This document shows positions 15,556 to 30,617 of a stretch of DNA of 64,000 nt, one piece after another (the stretch's first letter is position 1; every line of letters starts with the position of its first letter). The notes under the pieces are model-generated. The model had not been told where the DNA came from, searched no databases, and was given only the letters and a program-made list of their open reading frames with translations. A program made the position numbers and the translations under genes. The DNA is from the human T2T-CHM13v2.0 reference genome, Homo sapiens: NCBI RefSeq assembly GCF_009914755.1, contig NC_060932.1; one strand, 5' to 3'.

Positions 15556-16582
15556 GAGGAGGAATCAAGATGGCCAAATAGAAATAGCTCCAGTCTATAG
15601 CTTCCAGTGTGAGTGACGCAAAAGACTGGTGATTTCTGCATTTCCAACTGAGGTACTGGGTTCACCTCACTAGGACTTGTCGGACAGTGGGTACAGGATA
15701 GTGGGTGCGGCCCACGGTCTGTGAGCCAAAGCTGGGTGAGGCATTGCCTCACCTAGGAAGCACAAGGGGCCGGGGAATTCTCTTTCCTAGCCAAGGGAAG
15801 CAGTGACAGACAGCAACTGGAAAATTGGGACACTCCCACCCTAATACTGCAATTTTCCAACGGTCTTAGCAAATGGCACACCAGGAGATTATATTCCATG
15901 CCTGACTCAGTGGGTCCCATGCCCACAGAGCCTTGCTCACTGCTAGCACAGCAGTTTGAGATCAAACCGCAAGGCGGCAGCAAGGCTGGGGGAGGGGCGC
16001 CCACCATTGCTGAGGCTTGAGTAGGTAAACAAAGAAGCCTGGAAGCTCAAACTGGGTGGAGCCCACCACAGCTCAAGGAGGCCTGCCTGCTTCTGTAGAC
16101 TCCACCTCTGGGGGCAGGGCATAGCTGAACAAAAGGCAGCAGAATCTCCTGCAGACTTAAACATCCCTGTCTCACAGCTTTGAAGACAGTAGTGGTTCTG
16201 CCAGCATGGAGTCTGAGATCCGAGAGCAGACAGACTGCCTCCTCAAGTGGGTCCCTGACCACCAAGTAGCCTAACTGGGAGGCACCGCCCAGTAGGGGCT
16301 GACTGACACCTCATACGGCCGGGTGCCCCTCTGAGACGAAGATTCCAGAGGATCGATCAGGCAGCAACATTTGGCGTTCCGCAATATTTGCTGTTCTGCA
16401 GCCTCCACTGCTGATACCCAGGAAACCAGGGTCTAGAGTGGACCTCCAGCAAACTCCAACAGACCTGCAGCTGAGAGTCCTGACTGTTAGAAGGAAGTCT
16501 AACAAACAGAAAGGACATCCACACCAAAACCCCATCTGTACATCACTATCATCAAAGACCAAAGGTAGATAAAATCACAAAG
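15556..16582 (+). promoter_or_regulatory. L1 5' UTR internal sense/antisense promoter with YY1 motif; retains the 129-bp segment (16329-16457) lost in younger L1s
   Basis: caagatggcc YY1 site near the start. Segment ctctgagacgaagattccagagg...gacctccagcaaactcc is present. CpGs are largely decayed. Confidence 0.8.
15753..16007 (-). CDS. ORF0: L1 ORF0 homolog, open 84-aa antisense ORF in the 5' UTR
   Basis: True ATG (cat at 16005-16007). MVGAPPPALLPPCGLISNCCAS...SIRVGVSQFS matches primate L1 ORF0 (MAGAPPPASLPPCSLISDCCAS...). Expression unknown. Confidence 0.7.
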   Translation of the reverse strand: MVGAPPPALLPPCGLISNCCASSEQGSVGMGPTESGMEYNLLVCHLLRPLENCSIRVGVSQFSSCCLSLLPLARKENSPAPCAS

Positions 16583-17603
16583 ATGGGGAGAAACAAGAGC
16601 AGAAAAGCTGAAAACTCTAAAAATCACAGCATCTTTTCTCCTCCAAAGGAAAACAGCTCCTCACCAGCAATGGAACAAAGCTGGATGGAGAATGACTTTG
16701 ACGAGTTGAGAGAAGGCTTCAGAAGATCAGAAACAACAAACTTCTCCGAGCTAAAGTAGGATGTTCGAACCCATTGCAAAGAAGCTAAAAACCTTGAAAA
16801 AAGATTAGGCAAATGGCTAACTAGAATAAACAGCATAGAGAAGACCTTAAATGACCTGATGGAGATGAAAACCATGGCATGAGAACTACATGATACATGC
16901 ACAGTCTTTAGTAGCTGAGTCAATCAACTGGAAGAAAGGGTAGCAGTGAATGAAGATCAAACGAAAGAAATGAAGTGAGAAGAGAAGTTTAGAAAAGAAA
17001 GAGTAAAAAGAAATGAATAAAGACTCCAAGAAATATGGGAATATGTGAAAAGACCAAATCTACATCTGATTGCTGTACCTGAAAGTCATGGGGAGAATGG
17101 AACCAAGTTGGAAAATGCTCTTCAGGATGTTATCCAGGAGAACTTCCCCAACCTAGTAAGGCAGGCCAACATTCAAATTCAGGAAATACAGAGAATGCCA
17201 CAAAGATACTCCTCGAGAAGAGCAACTCCAAGACACATAATTGTCAGATTCACCAAAGTAGAAATGAAGGAAAAAATGTTAAGGGTAGCCAAAGAAAAAG
17301 GTCGGGTTACCCACAAGGGGAAGCCCATCAGACTAACAGCGGATCTCTCAGCAGAAACTCTACAAGCCAGAAGAGAGTGAGGGCCAATATTCAACATTCT
17401 TAAAGAAAAGAATTTTGAACCCAGAATTTCATTTACAGCCAAACTAATCTTCATAACTGAAGGAGAAATAAAATCCTTTACAGATGAGCAAATGCTGAGA
17501 TTTTGTCACCACCAGGCTTGCCTTACAAGAGCTCCTGAAGGAAGCACTAAACATGGAAAGGAACAACCAGTACCAGTCACTGCGAAAACATGCCAAATTG
17601 TAA
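16583..17603 (+). pseudogene. L1 ORF1p, premature stops
   Basis: ATG at 16583, terminal TAA at 17601-17603. RRM segment KRPNLHLIAVPE...GKPIRLTADLSAETLQARRE stops prematurely at 17378-17380. Confidence 0.9.
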
Positions 17604-17666
17604 AGACCATCAACGATAGGAAGAAACTGCATCAACTAAAGAGCAAAATAACCAGCTAACATAATA

Positions 17667-21493
<3,827 letters not shown>

Positions 21494-22246
21494 ACAATGA
21501 GAATACTTGGACACAGGGTGGGGAACATCACACACCGGGTCCTGTCGTAGGGTGAGGGGAGGGGGGAGGGATAGCATTAGGAGATATACCTAATGCTAAA
21601 TGACGAGTTAATGGGTGCAGCACACCAACATGGTACATATATGCATATGGAAGAAACCTGCACGTTGTGTGCATGTACCCTAGAACTTAAAGTATAATTT
21701 AAAAAAATTAAAAAAAAAGTTTTGGTTTTGAAAGTATATGTATTTAATGTTTTCTAAAAGCAACTAATGCTTCATCAATTGTCATGTATGAACCAGAAGT
21801 ATATGCATCTTCTAAATATTGATTCCAGGTATCAAACACATCCCTAATTTGTTCTGACTTATCATTATTCTGGCTCTTCTTGAACTGACATCATCAAAAT
21901 GCAGCACACCTGATGAATTTTTTTCAACCTTTAGTTCATAGTTTTGATGAAGAAAAAAAGGCCATCTTCTTTGTTCCATAGTTGCAAAACAGTTTCATTT
22001 TTACACTTATAACACCACTTATAGTTACCAATTAATAATTTTTTTCATTTCTACATTATCTATTTCCTTCTAGTCACCGATGTATGTATATATATTTACC
22101 TTCAGTATTTGTTCACTTAGGAACCATATAAAGTAAACCTGAGCACAAAATCATAAAAGATTAAAGAATATGTTACCTGTCCTTCTAGCAAAATGCGATG
22201 GTTCCGGTTCTTGCTGCAAAATATTGTGTGATCAAGTCTTTCCTGG

Positions 22247-25200
22247 TTTTTTTAAATATATATACTTTAATATATATACTTTAAGTTCTAGGGTACACGT
22301 GCAGAACGTACAGTTTTGTTACATAGGTATACATGTGCCATGGTGGTTTGCTGTACCCATCAACCCATCATCTACATTAGGTATATCTCCTAATGCTATC
22401 CATCGGGGGCCCCCGCCCCCAACAGGCCCTGGTGTGTGATGTTCCCCTCCCTGTGTCTGTGTGTTCTCATTGTTCAACTCCCAGTTATGAGTGAGAACAT
22501 GTGGTGTTTGGTTTTGCGTTCTTTTGTTAGTTTTCTGAGAATGACAGTTTCCAGCTTCAACCATGTCCCAGCAAAGGACATGAACTAATTCTTTTTTATG
22601 GCTGCATAGTATTCCATGGTGTATATGTACTACATTTTCTTTATCCAGTCTATCATTGATGGTCATTTGGGTTGGTTCCAAGTCTTTGCTATTGTGAACA
22701 GTGCTGCAATAAACATATGTGTGCATGTGTCTTTATACTAGAATGATTTATAATCCTTTGGGTATGTGTCCCATCATGGGATTGCTGGGTCAACTGGTAT
22801 TTCTAGTTCTAGATGCTTGAGGAATTGCCACACTATCTTCCACAATGGTTGAACTAATTTATACTCTCACCAAAGGTGTAAAAGCATTCCTATTTCTCCA
22901 CATCCTCTCCAGCATCTGTTGTTTCCTAAATTTTTAATGATCACCATTCTAACTGGCATGAGATGGTATCTCATTGTGATTTTGATTTGCATTTCTCTGA
23001 TGACAAGTGATGATGAGCTTTTTTTCATATGTTTGTTGGCTGCAAAAATGTCTTCTTTTGAGAAGTGTCTGTTCATATTCTTTGCCCACTTTTTGATAGG
23101 GTTGTTTGATTTTTTCTTGTAAATTTGTTTAAGTTCTTTGTAGATTCTGGATATTGGCACTTTGTCAGATGGAGAGATTGCAAAAATTTTCTCCCATTCT
23201 GTAGGTTGTGTGTTCACTATGATGATAGTTTCATACAGTTTTGGCTGTGCAGAAGCTCTTTAGCTTAATTAGATCCCATTTGTCAATTTTGGCTTTTGTT
23301 GCCATTGCTTTTGGTGTTTTAGTCATGAAATCATTGTCCTTGCCTATGTCCTGAATGCTATTGCCTAGGTTTTCTTCGAGGGCTTTTATGGTTTTAGGTC
23401 ATATATTTAAGACTTTAATCTATCTTGAGTTAATTTTTGTATAAGGTGTAAGGGAGGGAATCAGTTTCAGTTTTGCTCATATGGCTAGCCTGTTTTCCCA
23501 ACACCATTTATTAAATAGGGAATCCTTTCCCCATTGCTTGTTTGTGTCAGGTTTGTCAACGATCAGATGGTTTTAGATGTGTGGTGTTATTTCTGAGGCC
23601 TCTGTTCTGATCCATTTGTCTATATCTCTGTTTTGGTACCAGTACCATGCTGTTTTGGTTACTGTAGCCTTGTAGTATATTTTGAAGTCAGGTAGCTTGA
23701 TGCCTCCAGCTTTGTTCTTTTGTCTTAGGATTATCTTGGATATACAGGCTCTTTTTTGGTTCCATATGAAATTCAAAGTAGTTTTTTTTCTATTTCTGTG
23801 AAGAAAGTCAGTGGTAGCTTGATGGGGATAGCATTGAATCTTTAAATTACCTTGGGCAGTATGGCCATTTTCACAATATTGATTCTTCCTATCCATGAGC
23901 ATGGAATGTTTTTCCATTTGTTTGTGTCGTCTCTTATTTCCTTGATCAGTGCATTGAAGTTGTCCTCGAAGAGGTCCTTCACATTGGTTGTAAGTTGTAT
24001 TCCCAGGTACTTTATTGTCTTTGTAGCAATTGTGAATGGGAGTTCACTCATGATTTGGCTCTCTGTTTATCTGTTATTGGTGTATAGAAATGCTTGTGAT
24101 TTTTTCACATTGACTTTGTATCCTGAGACTTTGCTGAAGTTGCTTATCAGCTTAAGGAGATTTTGGGCTGAGATGATGGCATTTTCTAAATATACAATCA
24201 TGTCATCTGTAAACAGAGACTGTTTGACTTCCTCTTTTCTTATATGGATACTCTTTATTTATTTCTCCTGCCTGATTGCCCTGGCCAGAACTCCCAATAC
24301 TATGTTGAATAGGAGTGGTGAGAGAGGGCATCCCTGTCTTGTCCCAGTTTTCAAAGGGAATGCTTCCAGTTTTTGCCCATTTAGAATGATATTGGCTGTG
24401 GACTTGTCATAAATGGTTCTTATTATTTTGAGACACAGTCCATCTATTCCTGGTTTATTGCGAGTTTTTAGCATGAAGCGGTGTTGAATTTTCTCAAAGG
24501 CCTTTTCTGCATCTATTGAGATAATCATGTGGTTTTTTTCATTGGTTCTGTTTATGTGATGGATTACACTTATTGATTTGTATATGTTGAATGAGCCTTG
24601 CATCCCAGGGATGAAGCCAACTTGATCGTGGTGGATAAGCTTTTTGATGTGCTGCTGGATTCAGTTTGCCAGTATTTTATTGAGGATTTTCACATAGATG
24701 TTCACCAGGGATATTGGCTTGAAATTTTCTTTTTTTGTTGTGTCTCTGCCAGGTTTTTGTATCAGGATGCTGCTGGCTTCATAAAATGAGTTGGGGAGGA
24801 TTCCGTTTTTCTGTTCTTTGGAATAGTTTCAGAAGGAATGGTACCAGCTCCTCTTTGCACCTCTGGTAGAATTCAGCTGTGAATCCATCTGGTCCTGGAT
24901 TTTTTTGATTGGTAGGCTATTAATTATTGCTTCAATTTCAGAAGTGTTATTGGTCTATTCAGGGATTCAACTTCTTCCTGCTTTAGTCTTGGGAGGGTGT
25001 ATGTGTCCAGGAATTTATCCATTTCTTCTAGATTTTCTAGTTTATTTGCATAGAGGTGTTTATAGTATTCTCTGATAGTAGTTTGTATTTCTGTGGGATC
25101 AGTGTTGATATCCCCTTTATCATTTTTTTTTATTGTGCCTGTGTGATTCTTCTGTCTTTTCTTCTTTATTAGTCTGGCTAGCAGTCTATCTATTTTGTTG

Positions 25201-27548
25201 ATCTTTTCAAAAAACCAGCTCCTGGAATCAATGATTTTTTGAAGGGTTTTTGTGTCTCTATCTCCTTCAGTTCTGCTCTGATCTTAGTTATTACTTGTCT
25301 TCTGTTGGCTTTTGAATATGTTTGCTCTTGCTTCTCTAGTTCTTTTCATTGTGATGTTAAGGTGTCGATTTTAGATCTTTCCTGCTTTCTCTTGTGGGCA
25401 TTTAGTGCTATAAATTTTCCTCTACACACTGCTTTAAATGTGTCCCAGTGATTCTGGTACCTTGTATCTTTGTTCTCATTGGTTTCAAAGATCATCTTTA
25501 TTTCTGCCTTCATTTCGTTATTTACCCAGCAGTCATTCAGGAGCAGGTTGTTCAGTTTCCATGTAGTTGAGCAGTTTTGAGTGAGTTTCTTAATCCTGAG
25601 TTCTAATTTGATTACACTGTGGTCTGAGAGACTGTTTGTTATGATTTCTGTTCTTTTACATTTGCTAAGGAGTGTTTCACTTCCAATTATGTGGTCAATT
25701 TTAGAATAAATGCAATCAGGTGCTGAGAAGACTGTATATTCTGTTGATTTGTGGTGGAGAGTTCTGTAGATGTCTATTAGTTCCACTTGATCCAGAGCTG
25801 AGTTCAAGTCCTGAATCTCCTTGTTAATTTTCTGTCTCATTGATCGGTCTAATATTGACAGTGGGGTGTTAAAGTCTCCCACTATTATTGTGTGGGAGTC
25901 TAAGTCTCCTTGTAAGTCTCCAAGAACTTGCTTTATGAATCTGGGTGCTCCTGTATTGGGTGCATATATATTTAGGATGGTTAGCTCTTCTTGTTGCATT
26001 GATCCCTTTATCATTATGCAATGCCCTTCATTGTCTCTTTTGATCTTTGTTGGTTTAAAGTCTGTTTTATCAGAGACTAGGATTGCAACTCCTGCTTTTT
26101 TTTTTCCTTTCCATTTGCTTGGTAGATCTTCCTCCATCACTTTATTTTGAGCCTATGTGTGTCTCTGCAAGTGAGATGGGTCTCCTGAATACAGCACACC
26201 AATGGATTTTGACTCTTTATCCAATTTGCCAGTCTCTGTCTTTTAATTGGGGCATTTAGCCCACTCACATTTAAGGTTAATATTGTTATGTGTGAATTTT
26301 TTCCTGTCATTATGATGCTAGTTTGTTATTTTGCCCATTAGTTGATGCTGTTTCTTCATAGTGTCAGTGGTCCTTACAATTTGTTATGTTTTTGCAGTGT
26401 CTGGTACCAGTTGTTCCTTTCCATATTTAGTGCTTCCTTCAGGACCTCTTGTAAGGCAGGCCAGGTGGTGACAAAATCTCTCAGCATTTGTTTGTCCGTA
26501 AAATATTTTATTTGTCCTTCACTTATGAAGATTAGTTTGGCTGGATATGAAATTCTGGGTTCAAAATTCTTTTCTTTAAGAATGTTCAATATTGCCCCTC
26601 TCTCTTCTGGCTTGTAGAATTTCCGCTGAGCAATCCGCTATTAGTCTGATGGGCTTCCCTTTGTGGGTAACCCGACCTTTCTCTTTTGCTGCCTTAACAT
26701 TTTTTCCTTCATTTCAACCTTGGTGAATCTGATGATTATGGGTCTTGGGGTTGCTCTTTTCAAAGAGTATCTTAGTGGTGCTCTTTGTATTTCCTGAATT
26801 TGAGTGTTAGCTTGTCTTGCTAGGTTGGGAAAATTCTCCTGGATAATATCCTGAAGAGTGTTTTCAGCAAGGCCGCTGTGGCCAGATTGCCTCTCTAGCT
26901 TCCTTTTCTCTGGGCAGGGCATCTCTGAAAAAAAGGCAGCAGCCCCAGTCAGGGGCTTATAGATAAAACTCACATCTTCTTGGGACAAAGCACCTCGGGG
27001 AAGGGGCGGCTGTGGGTGCAGCTTCAGCAGACTTAAATGTCCCTGCCTGATGGCTCTGAAGAGAGCATCAAATCCCCCAGAACAGTATTCGAGCTCTGCT
27101 AAGGGTCAGACTGCCTCCTCAAGTGGGTCCCTGACCCCCATGTATACTGACTGGGAGACACCTCCCAGTAGGTTCCGACAGACATTTCATACAGGAAAAC
27201 TCTGGTTGGCATCTGTAGTGGACCTCCAGAAAACTCCAGCAGACCTGCAGCAGAGGGGCCTGTTAGAAGGAAAACTAACAAAAAAGGGAACAGCACCAAC
27301 GTCAACAAAAAGGACGTCCACTCAGAGACCCCATCCAAAGGTCACCACATCAAAGACCAGAGGTAGATAAGTCCACGAAGACGGGGAGAAACCAGTGCAA
27401 CAAGGCTGAAAATTCCAAAAACCCAAATGCCTCTTCTCCTCCAAAGAATCACAACTCCTCGCCAGCAAGGGAACAAAACTGGACAGAGAATGAGCTTGAT
27501 GAATTGACAGAAGTAGGATTCAGAAGGTGGGTAACAACAAACTCCTCC
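22247..27548 (-). mobile_element. Near full-length L1PA7-like element with inverted 5' part
   Basis: T tail at ~22247; antisense 3' UTR, ORF2 and ORF1 to ~26864; then sense-strand 5' UTR and ORF1 start at 26865-27548 (cagccccagtcaggggcttatagataaaact is L1PA7/8-type). No TSD found. Confidence 0.92.
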
Positions 27549-27860
27549 TTTTCTTTAGCCTTGTTGTTCTCAATGTTCAAATATGGTAAATAGTTACTTT
27601 AGTCTATATAGATCTTTTAATCTAAAGTATTGTGTGATTCAGCTTGAGACATTTCCTACATTATTTCTTTGAAAATTTTCTCTTATTTTTTTTATTTTCT
27701 CTTCCCCAAGCTCCAATTAGTTGGATGTTTGACCTCCTGTTTCAATTATATATTTCTAATTTTTATGTAACGTTTTGTTATTCCCTTACCAAATCCATCT
27801 TGTATACCTGCGTATATAGAGTTCTTTTCTACTATTTTTTTTTCAAAAATCTGATAATCT
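27549..27860 (-). mobile_element. Ancient L1M ORF1-region fragment, probably continuing the fragment at ~15150-15430
   Basis: ttctttagccttgttgttctc...attatttctttgaaaattttctc...ctccaattagttggatgtttgacctcct resembles antisense L1M ORF1. Confidence 0.5.
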
Positions 27861-28988
27861 TCGGTCCTAAGAGGGAGACAATACCTAACTGAGTGTGACT
27901 TTTCAGTAGTTTGCATGTCTCATCAATCATTGTTCTCAAGAGGATTGGGATTTCACACTTTGGGACCCCAAAACGAGGATGTTCTGAGACTTCTGTGTCC
28001 ACACTAATTACCTTAGTTCTCATCAAAGAGTGTATTCAGTTTCTTTAGTGATGAGCAAGTTGTGTTAAATGTCTAGAATGGAGAGAGGTGACTAGTCAAC
28101 CATATTACCTACTAATTTGTAATTAATCTCCTTCTTTTAATCCCCATTCTTTAGTTGGCATGTCAAACACCAATCCTTCTGCCTAAGATCTACAAAGCAC
28201 ATCTGCCACCCTCCTTGGCTACAATTTTCTACTTTCTTATCCTAGGCTGCAGTTCTGACTTCATTAGCAAGCATTCCTCTATTTCCTTTCCATATACCTA
28301 AAGAATGTTGACCTCATTTCTTTAGTCATTCTCATTTTCTTCATCACTGTAAATGTAAACTTTTTTTATTCCATTAACATCATCTCAATGTCATCTCTGG
28401 AGGTAAGAAAGTTAAAAATACATATTCAATCTCTCACTCTGATCCAGAATGCACATTTCCATTAATAATTTTTGAAAAAAGTAACAATAAAACTCATGAT
28501 GATTTAATTGACCTTATTGGGTAATTAAAGTGGTACTGTAAAGTGGTAGTAAAGCAGGCACTAATTTTTTACAAGTAAATAGTCATTCTTTCTCTTACGA
28601 TGCCTAACTTTGTGCTTGCTTAAAAATTTCTGGAACTTGTCTTGAGATAAAATCAAGGTTGGAAAACACTCCCTTGTAGAAAATGCTGAGCAGCTAATCT
28701 ACAATACCGTTGCAGTCTAGCTGACACCAGCCAGACCACCAGATGGCCCACTCAAGATAATCATCAGAACAAGACATGCTAACCTGCACGTAGTTTCCCA
28801 AGGCCACTATCCTTTAAAATTCATTCAGCGAGCCTGTGGAACCAGAGATGGCCTTTGTAACACTAGACTACCATCTCCTCAGATTGCCAGTTCCTCAATA
28901 AACCTGCTTTTCCTTCCACCAACTCTTGTCTCTTGAGTTTGGCTTTCAAATGGCAAACAGTGGAACCTAGATTCTCAGTTAAAATTCC

Positions 28989-29006
28989 TGGCATCCAATG
29001 TGGGAG
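28989..29006 (+). promoter_or_regulatory. Primer-binding site, tRNA-Lys-like
   Basis: tggcatccaatgtgggag versus TGGCGCCCAACGTGGGGC, with CpG-decay-type changes, immediately after the 5' LTR. Confidence 0.65.
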
Positions 29007-30208
29007 GTGTGTCTTGGGTGGTCCTGTCTGCCTGGTTTCCAATGGATGGAGCAATAGGCCATGGAAGTGTGCCAGAACTTATCTGTTCACACTACCAGAC
29101 AGGATGACAACTACTCATGAGTACCAATTGCTCATGGCTAGCTAACCCCCTAGCTGGGATTTTAGGAACACCTTAGCAACTAACAAAACTTTTCTTGAGT
29201 ATTTTGCTTCTCTGCATGGCCTCTGCTGCTTGTAGTGCTCAGTTGGTGCAAGGGAAAGCAGCATCTGAGGAGCTGACGGCCTCCAAGATTGGGTAAGTCA
29301 AACTAGTGTGCACACCAGGATTCCTCTGTTTCTGCTGTTTGGGCTTCTGTGCCATTTGGACCAGGCACAGGTTGTTTGTGGTACAATCTGTTGTGATATA
29401 AGATTCTAAAAGACACATCTCTGGTGTCCTTTTTCAGAAATTAGTTTGGGAGTGCTACATTTGTTTTGTTTTCTGTGTGTTTGTAGGTTTTTAATTGTTT
29501 AAAAACATGAAAAAGTTCAAAGGCATGCCAGATTTTCTGGGACTCCAGCTGGTTACATATTATGGCCCATTTTTGTGTGCATTTTTAAACTAGAGGGCAC
29601 ATTACAGTAGGAAAAATTTAGAGCTCAAATGGTTAACCTGCAGCTATAGAGTTAAGTAGGGTCTTCCAGAACTCTCTATTTTCCTATTTTCCTTCCTGCC
29701 TGCTTTGAATCTGCTGTTATTAACTTATTGGTGCTGAGATAAAACTCACTGTTTATGGTAACACTGATTCAAGGACACTTGGAGACTTTGTTTGCCTTAC
29801 ATAGCCCAGCCTATTTGAGCTAAAATATAGACAATGAAAATTAATTTAAAACTGAAGAAAAAAAGAAGGTAAAAGAGATTTAAAAAAAAAAAACTGCCAT
29901 GAAAACTGCTTTGCCAAAAAATTTGGTCTACACCCTGTGTTAGGTTACCTATAAGAGAAAACAAGGTTAGACATGTGGACAGGTCTCAATTTTGTCAAAA
30001 ATAATTTGGATCCAGCTACTTTTAGTAGGCTAGTGAATTTTCAATGCTGTCTCATGACTAGTTCTGAGGTAAAAGCTATTTGATCTTCACTTACATTTAT
30101 GTATATACGTTTAGATGTGTTTATGTATATATACATGTATTATATTGTATGTTGTGTCTACAATGCTACCAAATTGGGTTACAAATAAATGAATACTCAT
30201 AAATTAAG

Positions 30209-30617
30209 TGTTGGAAAAAAAGCTGAGGGTTGGGAAGAAAGCTGAGGCAGGACATGCATGACTGACATAATGTCCTCTGGAATGTGTCTAGACTTGCTGG
30301 CTCCTTGCTTCTAGCCCTCCTAGGCTCCTATTCCCATTATCTCAAGTAGCAGAACATGTTTCTTATAAATGCTAAACCATCACAGCTGTAGATCATGTGC
30401 CTGCCCTTTTGACCTCCACATTTTCACCACCTGTTTCCCTGTTGGATTACCAATAAATAGCGTGGGCTCCCAGCGCTCAGGGCCTTCGCAGTCTCCACGA
30501 TCACGATGGTCCTCTGGTGTCCCATCTTTCTCTCTCAAACTGTCCTTTCCTCAATCCTTTGACTCTGCCGGACTTTGTCACCCCCACAACCTGGTTTTGG
30601 GTCTGGCCACCCCAACA
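30209..30617 (+). mobile_element. Solo LTR14A/B-like (HERV-K HML-1) nested in the ERV1 internal region
   Basis: TG...CA ends; aagctgagggttgggaagaaagctgaggcagg; aataaatagcgtgggctccca; TSD ttaag at 30204-30208 and 30618-30622. Confidence 0.85.
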
